Shown piece by piece: positions 53,328 to 64,000 of a stretch of 64,000 nt of DNA; the first letter of the stretch is position 1, and every line of letters begins with the position of its first letter. Both the position numbers and the translations under genes were made by a program. The stretch is taken from NCBI RefSeq assembly GCF_009914755.1, contig NC_060928.1; one strand, 5' to 3'. The notes beneath the pieces are model-generated. The model did no database searches. It was not told the DNA's origin and was given only the letters and a program-made list of their open reading frames with translations. This DNA comes from the human T2T-CHM13v2.0 reference genome, Homo sapiens.

Positions 53328-53399
53328 GCATGAGAAAATTGTTTTTTGTTTGTTTGTTTGTTTTTATTTCTTAAACAGTATATCCATAATTGTAAAACT

Positions 53400-54130
53400 A
53401 AACTTATTTAATTTTTTTCAGCATATATTTACTGCTCTTCAAGCCCTGGACTAGGGGCTAGGGAATCGATAGAAAACAGAAATAGATATCATTGCAGCAA
53501 GTAGTATATACTGAATGGTTTATTCATGAAGAGTTCTTAAAATGATCTGTGCCTTGAAATGATCACCCCAAATGCAGTATGGAGAAGAGTTTTGAGTGAT
53601 GCAAGAATGGATGTGGACAGACCATTAGAGAGACCACTGGAATGCTTCATGTGAAAGATAATGGTTACTTGTACAGGGATAGTGGTAGAATCAGGACACA
53701 GTCAGGAACTGAGGTAGCATTAATGATATTCGGTGCTGAATTGCTGGTAAGATTAGAAGGGACCCTCTAGCATGACTTTGAGTTTTTTGTTCCTTGAATA
53801 ATTGTGAAAATATTCACTAACTTGTGAAATACTGAGAGAAAACCCAACTTGAAGAGTAAAAAATATAGTTGTAGACAGCAATACGATTAGGCAGTATTTT
53901 AAGAAATATTATTTGAATATCAAGTAAGCAGATACTTGAATCTAGAGTTTACAGGGGTAAGTAGGTCTGTTATCAACATGTAGATAATCATTAAACTACA
54001 AATAAGGATGAAGTTGCCAAAGGGTAGAACATGAATTGAAAATAGAAGATAACAACAGCTGATTATTAGAGACCTCCAGCATTTATTAGCTGAACATTGT
54101 AGATAAGCACATAAATGATATTAGTGAAGG
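53400..54130 (-). mobile_element. L2
   Basis: TTCAGCATATATTTACTG...GGACAGACCATTAGAGAG...CAACATGTAGATAATCATTAAAC. Confidence 0.65.
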
Positions 54131-54214
54131 AAAGCCAAATATATGATAAAAAGCTACCTAGTTAATGTTTTGCTTTTAACTCTATGGTTAAACTATTTTA
54201 TATAGATTTTTTTT

Positions 54215-54690
54215 GTGTGCTGTAGAAACCATCTTGAAAGAATTTAGTGGCCTAAAATTACACTTATTTTTTTAATCATAGTTCTATGAATTGATTGAGG
54301 CTAGCTAGGAGGTATTTGCCTGGCACCTCTCATGTGGGTTGAGTCAGATGGCAGCTGGGGCTGAAGACACCCAAGGGCTTGACTGCTCACTAACTTGGCT
54401 GACAGTTAAATTTGGCTGTTTTCTCAAAGCTGTTAAATCTTTCAGTCATTATACTACACTTGGAGTGAAGAAAAGAATATCACAAGAGTGAGCATTCTGT
54501 GAAAGTGAGCAGAAACTTCTAGTAATCATAATGCCTGGGGATGAAAGAGGCGTAGTGTTAAGCCTGCCATATTCTATTGTTCAAAGATGACACAGGCCAG
54601 TCCAGATTCAAGAGGGTAGAAAAAGAAAAATAAACTCTGCTTCTTGGTAGTGTAGTGACAGATTTTGTAGCTGTCTTTAACCAAACACAG
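54215..54690 (-). mobile_element. MLT1 (I/J-like) LTR
   Basis: TTTAGTGGCCTAAAAT...GAGTCAGATGGCAGCTGGGGCTG...CACAGGCCAGTCCAGATTCAAG. Confidence 0.7.
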
Positions 54691-55484
54691 ATAAAATAAA
54701 GAGAGTGTTTCAAAGATGAGGGTATGATGCTCTTAAATTAAAATGAGAAGTCCCAAGTTAAAACAGTAACAAATAATGGCTACTGGATCTTCTTAGGCTC
54801 ACCTCAGTCTATTTTTCACGTATTTATTTCTTTCGTTGAACCAATTATATACAGCATCTTGTCTCATTTAAAACAAAGCAGAAATTAAAAGGAGACAAAG
54901 AAAAAAATAGAAGTACTATACTCACTCTCTTTTTATTACATTTTTGACATCATGCAGCTCAGGTCCATCTGGAACCTTTTCCATAATGAACAAGGGGAGC
55001 AATAATATCATACCATTCAAATTAAACTTTCTTTCTTTTTTTAATGTAAAGCAAAATAATTTCTATTTGAATATACAATTGCAAAACAAAGTTGAAATTC
55101 TGCCAAAAAAGACCTTTAGAAGCACATTCTAATAACTAAATCAGAGAATGATGTAAATGCTTATCTTAAATGTGTTTTCTCAAAATTAGAACGCCAAGAA
55201 GCAAAGATATATTTACTGAATGAAATTTCAGATCAGAACGTCACTCCTTAATCAAATATTGTATGCAAATAAAATACAAGATTACTAGAAATACTGCACA
55301 GCTTAGTTCATTTTAAATAACTTCTTTTTTAAAGATAAGTGTGTGTTTCTACTCATCCATAAATTGTTTTAATAACTAAAATAAAATTAATTTATATATG
55401 AAATAGAGCTAAACCACTAAGGTGTAAGAGCTTCATATAATGCAATCAATCCTGCTTCATAGAGTATAAGAAATACCAATAGAT

Positions 55485-55709
55485 ATAGGAGATCGAGACC
55501 ATCCTGGCTAACACGGTGAAACCCCGTCTCTACTAAAAATACAAAAAAATTAGGCGGGCGTGGTGGTGGGAGCCTGTAGTCCCAGCTACTCAGGAGGCTG
55601 AGGCAGGAGAATGGGGTGAACCCGGGAGGCAGAGCTTGCAGTGAGCCGAGATTGCACCACTGCATTCCAGCCTGGGCAACAGAGCAAGACTCCGTCTCAA
55701 AAAAAAAAA
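55485..55709 (+). mobile_element. AluY, 5'-truncated, 17-bp TSD
   Basis: GGAGATCGAGACCATCCTGGCTAACACGG...GAGCTTGCAGTG. TSD AAGAAATACCA(A/G)TAGAT at 55468-55484 and 55710-55726. Confidence 0.95.
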
Positions 55710-57124
55710 AAGAAATACCAGTAGATGAAAGGGAGACACAGTCTGGAACACTGTCACAAAAAGTGGCAAAATTCATGAAAACATTTAAAATTGTCAAAAA
55801 TATATAAGAGGAAAACAAACAGTATTGGACTTTTAAGCCTAGAAACTTGCAGATGAATTTGTAGTTGGGATAAAAGGCAGGCAGTGGTGTGGGAATGATA
55901 AAGCACAAGACTGGAACGACAGTATGCACCTATGCTAAGATAAGAACTCTGAAAAATGATAGGTGTGAATTGCTATGCAAGGATTTCAGACCATAATAAT
56001 AAATAATTCATTTCTGAACTTTTGAAACATGTGGAGGGAAATCAATAAACAAGAATTCCTTGAGATCTGAATGTGGAAAATAAAGCTTTAATTCTATTTG
56101 GAATGACTCAATTTTTACGCATAACCTAATGCATTTGTCTTTCTCTTACATATATACATGTATCACACTCATCAAGTGCAGATACCAATGTGAAACACAA
56201 CAGCCACGTAAACACTAGGCAGTCATTGGATTTAACTTCACATACCCCAAAGCAGTTGATTGACACATTTTTAGGTCTTTGGGTGTTTTTGTCCCTGCCT
56301 CTTTTAAAATAATTGCAAATAGGCAGTGCACTGTCATCATATATAGTAATCTAGAAAGTGACAAGTATTCCCAGGTAACAGCTGTCAGACAAGTAAAAAA
56401 TATGAACAAGTAAAAAAAATGCTTCAATGGCCAGACAAAATTAAAAGGTTTTATTTTAATGTATTTAATCTACACACTAGTAATATAGATAATAAAATAG
56501 TATATATGATAATATAAAATATAAAATGCAATTTATGTAAATCTCACAGTGTCTCCTGCCTATTTAAATATATGCCTATATAGTTTGAGATATTTGATAT
56601 TAGATAAAATATGAAGTTACATTGCTTTAGTTCTAGTGACCCATTAATACATAGCCAAGCAAAATCTTATCTTGCCTTGGTGGATCAGAGGTGAATATTT
56701 CCTAAAACAATTTTTTAAATTGAGGCCTATATTTCATACAGCAAAATTCAACAATTTTATGAGTGTAGTTTGATGAATTTCCACATATGCTACTCAAATC
56801 ATTATATACAGTATTTCAGAAACCCTGGTTCCCTATTTCAAATGTTTCAAATAACCCTGGAGCCATTATTCTGACTTCTGTCACTGTAGTTTATTCTGCC
56901 TATTTTTGAACTTCACAAAATGGAATCAACACATATGTTCTTCTTTGCGTTAAGCTTGTTATTGTTAAACAAAATGTCTGTGAGCTATATCATATTGTTA
57001 TGTGTATCGGTAGTCCATTCTTTATTATTGTGTCACTTTCCATTGAGTTAATGTGTTGCTCATTATTTTTCATTTTCCCACTGATAGATATTTGGGCTGT
57101 TGCTAGTTTTTAATGGACAGTTTA

Positions 57125-57903
57125 TGAAAGAAAATATATGGATGACACATAAGCACAAAAAATATGTCAACAACATCATTTATTAGAAAAATGTAATTTA
57201 AATAACATAACGATACCACATACATCTGTTAGAATGGCTAAAATGAAATGACTACACCAAATATGAGCAAGGATGTAGAGCAATTGAAACTCAGATGAAC
57301 TGCTGCTGAAAATGGAAATTGGTAAAATAACTTTGAAAAACATTTTAGAAGATTCTTAAAACTTAAATATACATCTACTATATGATTCAGCCATTCCATT
57401 CTTAAGTAGATAAATGAAAGCAGATGTCCATGCAGACTTTTATATGAATGAAAATAACAATTTGTGATAGCCAAAAATTTGAAACAAACTAAATTCCAAT
57501 CAATAGGTGGTTGGAAAAACAAACTGTTGTGTATGCATACAGTGGCATATTATGCAGCAATGAAAAGTGATGGACTATTAATACACTCACAATATTGATT
57601 AATGTCCAAATAATTATGCTGACTGAAAGAAGCTGGAACAAAATTTGTGCATACTGCATAATTCCATTTATATAACATTTAAGGAAATTCAATCTATACA
57701 TATTGTATCATAAAATAACAGTCATTGGTGTATGAGGAGCAGAGAGGAGAGGAAGAGAGGAAAAAAAGCCTGTGGATATCTTAATTTCCTTGAATTTGTT
57801 GATGATTTCACAGGTGTGTGCATTGTCAAAATATATGAAGCCATACACATTTATGTGTGTGTGGTTTATTGTGTTAATTACTTCAAAATACTATTAAAAT
57901 AAA
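57125..57903 (+). mobile_element. L1M (MC/ME) ORF2 end plus 3' UTR, nested
   Basis: GCAAGGATGTAGAGCAATTGAAACTC...GATTCAGCCATTCCATTCTTAAGTA...ATTCCATTTATATAACATT. Confidence 0.75.
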
Positions 57904-58094
57904 AAGTTTCATTTACATCAATAATGTGGAAGATTTCCAGTTACTCTACATCCCTTCCAGCATTTGATATTGTTGAGTTTTACATTTTATGTACTCTCAT
58001 TCAGGCTGTATTTTAATCTCCTTGCAAAACAATGTTATTTAGCATGCATTCCTATGCTATTGTCATATGTTTATTCTTTTTAACTACCCATTTA

Positions 58095-58645
58095 CTATGC
58101 CCACCAGCTAAAGATAGCCAGGAGCACATCTGTCATTCATCATACTTGAGTTTTTTACTTGCTGTAGTAAGGGGCCAAACATCATGGGAAATCATGAGGC
58201 TTCTCAATAAAAGAGTGTGAGGAGAGTTTCACCACAGGGCTTGGACGAGTTTGTGTTTAAGAAAATAGGGTTTGCCCTGGATTAGGTGTTATCAGAAAGC
58301 AAGGCCAACTTAACTGTCTGGTCTGCTGAAAATTTTTATGCAGGACATGAGAACAGTGGAGTGTGGCTAAACCTTTAATTGGTAAAATATCATCAGGCGT
58401 TCATAGCAGCTTACGGAGGAGAGTACTTTTTAGTTTTCGTGGTTTGCCTTGCTTTATTGCTTCTCTCTGTGCTTAGATATGATTATGGAGAGGCTTGTTT
58501 TTGTTCCACTTCATTGCTGTCATAGAGTGAACTCATGTGATATTATGTTAGGTGCAGTTGTTTATGTTTCACAGGAGAAACTTAGCTAATAGTGCTGAGA
58601 TCCCCACCAATGGAGAGCTGTCAACTTACCATGGCTGCTTCATTC
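58095..58645. mobile_element. ERVL LTR remnant (MER76-like)
   Basis: CATCATGGGAAATCATGAGGCTTCTCAATAAAAGAG...GGGTTTGCCCTGGATTAGGTG. Confidence 0.45.
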
Positions 58646-59487
58646 TTAGTATGTATTTTGCCAATTTTAAATTGGAGTGTTTCTCTTTTAGTTAATGATT
58701 TGTAGGCAGTCTTTTTAAATTCCGCATATAATAAATTAGTGCTTGATAAACCTATACCTATTTATATCTATCTAATCTATATCCCTCTAATCTATCTGTT
58801 TATCTAGAGAGATTTCTCCCTTTTCTCAGCATGTTTTACCTGAGAACAGATATTCTTAATGAAATCTAATGTATTAATTATTTATCTTTTAGTTATAGTT
58901 CTTTTTATATCCTTTGAGCTTTTGGTTTTTGCCTATTCAAAGGTCACTATGAAAATTTCTATATTTTATTCTATTGTTTTATTTTCTCACTTATAGATAT
59001 CATCCTCATATAATTCATTTTGCCCGTAAGTGAGATAGGAGTCAAAGATTTTCTTTCATTTGCTAAAACACTTAATGGGCATCAACCTCATTTGAGGCAA
59101 TTACATAGATAATGATGAACAAAACATAATTTATACTCAATTTAGATAGACTGTGGTTGTTCCACAGTGCCTATAAGTGAAATGTCTGCATTTGAAACAA
59201 GCCCTCTCTGGGTGAAACATCATACAGCACACTATTTATAAAACTAACTTTTATGATGCTCAGTAAATATGGAGTAGGTTTATATGAGAATATCTTATCT
59301 CTGCTGCTAGTGTTTTTGAAAATAAGTTAGACTATCACCTTATAGAAAGCTTAGAAAGTAGATTTGTTTTGTTAGACATGTGGCATAATTCTTTACCTTC
59401 TCAAAAGTGAGGAAAATTTGAGCTTTTATAGAAGTGTTAAAGTTCAGGAATTTTCTCTCTGTGTTTTGAAACAGAAATTGTGATTGA

Positions 59488-59492
59488 TACAC

Positions 59493-59537
<45 letters not shown>
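59488..59537 (+). repeat. (TA)n(CA)n microsatellite
   Basis: Seen directly. Confidence 0.95.
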
Positions 59538-59539
59538 AA

Positions 59540-60035
59540 GTAATATTCATCCACACAAAGAAAGTCTTGCCATTTGCAACAACAGGGATGATCCTTATGC
59601 TTGATGAATTAAGTCAGACAAAGAAGGACAAATGCCATGTGACCTCATTTATGTGTGGCATCTAAAAATGTTGAGCTCAGAAGCAGAGAGTAAAATGGTG
59701 GTTATCAGAGGCTGTGAGGTGGGGGAAATGAGGAGATGTTGGTCAAAGGGTAAACACTTTCATTTGTAAGATGAATAAGTTCTGGAAATCTAATATGCAG
59801 CATAGTGACTATAATTAATTAAAATGTGTTAAGACTGTGGATCTTAAATGTTCTTAAAATACACACACAAAAGATTACTACGTGAGGTGATGGATAAACC
59901 TATTCATCAAAGCCACCTATAAATTAGCTGGTTCATGGTATTCATTTCACAAGGTAGTCATATATATGCCTGTGTGTACATGTATATATAGAAAACTTTG
60001 CTTTGCACATGGTACATCTTTAATTGTCAATTCCT
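59540..60035 (+). mobile_element. L1MA (6-9)-like 3' end
   Basis: CTTGCCATTTGCAACAAC...AGAAGCAGAGAGTAAAATGGTGGTTATCAGAGGCTG...GGAGATGTTGGTCAAAGGGTA. Confidence 0.8.
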
Positions 60036-60357
60036 AAACAAAACTGGACTAAAAGTCAAGGAACAAATTTTTCCTGCAATGTATCTATGCAAGATGCATT
60101 TTTAAAATGGAAAAGATAATAAAATGATTAAAACTCAATTGTTAGACATCTCTCTGAGAAAATGTTAATAATCAATTATGAAAACAGTCTTGCTACAATC
60201 AAATATTAGGTGACTTTCAGTCAATTGTATATAAAATGAGTGTGATTGGTTATTATCATTTTGAAATGTTACATTGTGCACATAAAAACTGAATTAATTA
60301 TTGTTATATTGGAATTACTTTCAATAATTTATATCAGTCCACAGCAGCAAAAATGTC

Positions 60358-60421
60358 TAGGAATACTAAATTGAGATGGTCATTTTTAATAGGAATAAAA
60401 TATTGAGATGGTCAATTGATA
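60358..60421 (+). repeat. 32-bp diverged tandem duplication
   Basis: TAGGAATACTAAATTGAGATGGTCA / TAGGAATAAAATATTGAGATGGTCA. Confidence 0.75.
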
Positions 60422-61676
60422 TGCAAAAGTTTTACTTGCTAATTAAAAAATTAATGTTGCATTTTATAGAAATCTCTGATGTTACCTTGACAACACAGAA
60501 CATTCTGCATACTGGCAGTGAAATAATAAAGGGAAATCAAAAAACACCTAAAAATTGAATGCCTAAAAGTAAAATCAAATAAAATAGTAAGCTTAAGTGT
60601 GATTTTCTTACATAGTATAAGGATTTGAAGTTTATTATTTGGCTTTACAGCAGACAGAAATGTTTAAATAACCTATGGCTTTCATTGCAAAGCAGATTTC
60701 TCATGTCTCCAAACAAATAATTTAGAAAGAATTTATTATGAATCAATAGAGCAACATTCCCTCTAGTTCATTCCACTTGTTATTACGCTTTCTTTAAAAG
60801 TGCCCAAGAAAGAATTTAAATTTATCACTCCTCTTTAAACTTGTAAAAGCCTGTGTTAATTGGATGTCAACCTCTTTTTACTCACATGCTTGCTGACATT
60901 AAGGGGCATATGATTTAAAAGCAACCTAAAGAATATGAAGAATATTCACAATATTTACTAGCTTATAGGGAAATAAAATACAGGTCCCATCTCCATTAAA
61001 CCACAAATACTCAGCATGCAATAAAAGAAGCAATCACTTTTTAAAGGACAGCAAGAAGACATATTCCTTTATTTAATTAAAAGTTATGAGTTTCAACTAT
61101 CAAGATCTGCAAAAAAATGAATGGGAAGTACTTAGAAATGTAATAGTAAGGAATGCTACATGAAAGCTCATGTCAACTTTTATAGTCTGTTTATGTTAGA
61201 TTAAGGGAACAGAAATTACAAATCATAACACATATACATACACAACATTTTTAACATGTAAGTAGAAAAAAAGTCTAATTTTTCAATATTTTGAAAATCT
61301 ATTGTCCTTCATAAGAACTCATTAATGCTTTGTAATTACATACAGAGTTTTAAAGACAAGTACCACATAATTGTTTTAACAACCATGAAAAAAGTGGGTC
61401 AGAAACTGACTCCATTCTGGCAACTCCTCCTCATTCAAAAAAAATGAAGAATTCAATTCATTGGGAATTATTTTGGGAGATAGAAGCAGTTGATATACAT
61501 TCTAGATTCTAGTACAGGCTAAAAATTCTGTAAAATCAGTGGCCTGGCTACTACCATAAACCTGTAAAGCTGAAGAAATTAGACAATACAGAGGAAAAAA
61601 AGCAAAGAGCTGCCATTCACGGGGAGTGAATTTTCACTATCAGTCATTAAAATGTACCTTTATTTTAAAGATGTTA

Positions 61677-61970
61677 GGCTGGGCGCGGCGGCTCACGCCT
61701 GTAATCCCAGCACTTTGGGAGGCCGAGGTGGGCAGATCGTGAGGTCAGGAGTTTGAGACAAGCCTGGCTAACACGGTGAAACTCCATCTTTACTAAAAAT
61801 ACAAAAAATTAGCTGGACGTGGTGGTGGGTGCCTGTAGTCCCAGCTACTCAGGAGGCTGAGGCAGGAGAATTGCTTGAACCCAGGAGGCGGAGGTTGCAG
61901 TGAGCCGAGATCATGTCACTGCACTTTAGCCTGGGCGACAGAGCGAGACTCTGTCTCAAAAAAAAAAAAA
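61677..61970 (+). mobile_element. AluS (Sg/Sc-like), full length
   Basis: GGCTGGGCGCGG...GACTCTGTCTC followed by an A tail. Confidence 0.95.
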
Positions 61971-61974
61971 ATTA

Positions 61975-63720
<1,746 letters not shown>

Positions 63721-64000
63721 ATTATTCTTATAAAAACTGTTCCTTTTGTTGGCAGTCACTTCCATAAATTTATATACATATAGAACAAGGAAATAAATCT
63801 TCATAGAATATTATGGATGAAAGTTAGCGGCATTCATATAGTTGTATTCATTATAATAATCATGCTCAGATTCATGCACATCAAAATGTCATAGTGTATG
63901 AAATACAAAGTGACTACCATATCTATAACCCACTAGCAGAATGCTGAAAATAGCAGAAAATTAATGGCTAATTCACAATAGCATATTAAATAATACTATG

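Larger units (their letters stand above)
56705..59070 (-). mobile_element. L1ME-like 3' region (pieces 56705-57120, 57905-58080, 58650-59070)
   Basis: TTTTAAATTGAGGCCTATATTTCATACAG...AAATGGAATCA...TTTGGGCTGTTGCTAGTTTT. Confidence 0.6.

Noticed and set aside
54803-54862. VYNWFNER resembling homeodomain helix 3 or a CAP motif
   Set aside because: No other part of either domain nearby and an atypical GAG acceptor. Kept only as a weak exon candidate.
55417-55929. 170-aa ORF (similar at 38847, 40290, 43680, 53052)
   Set aside because: Read-through of Alu sequence (e.g. [10 protein letters not shown]).
56880-57700. Inverted L1 3' segments that might be another self-copy
   Set aside because: No shared copy-specific changes seen. 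They look like independent subfamilies.

Overview
AT-rich, CpG-poor primate genomic DNA, very probably human or another ape/catarrhine (AluS/AluY, L1PA4-like, THE1B, MLT2A1). It is intergenic or deep-intronic and dominated by layered transposable elements: old L1MC/MD/ME, HAL1, L2, MIR and CR1 fossils, hAT/Tigger MITEs, ERVL/MaLR LTRs, a full THE1B provirus, L1PA/PB copies and about 11 Alu pieces. I find no intact protein-coding gene, tRNA, rRNA or CRISPR. The listed ORFs are repeat-derived or chance. The main unexplained signal is a recurring set of local inverted, templated rearrangements: (i) a 51-bp non-Alu flank plus Alu left arm copied in inverted orientation into a neighbouring Alu (61626-61676 vs 63199-63249); (ii) a ~270-bp inverted copy of an L1's own 3' UTR inserted into the same L1 between 13-bp direct repeats (49496-49767 vs ~50212-50480); (iii) a ~59-bp in-place L1 micro-inversion; (iv) a twin-primed L1; (v) a perfected hairpin in an MLT2A1 LTR. 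Weaker leads are a motif-dense candidate enhancer (~10.4-10.6 kb), a G4-capable 34-bp minisatellite, an ACTAGT palindrome cluster and speculative minus-strand micro-exon chains. Subfamily names come from recalled consensus sequences and need RepeatMasker/Dfam confirmation. Boundaries of old elements are approximate.
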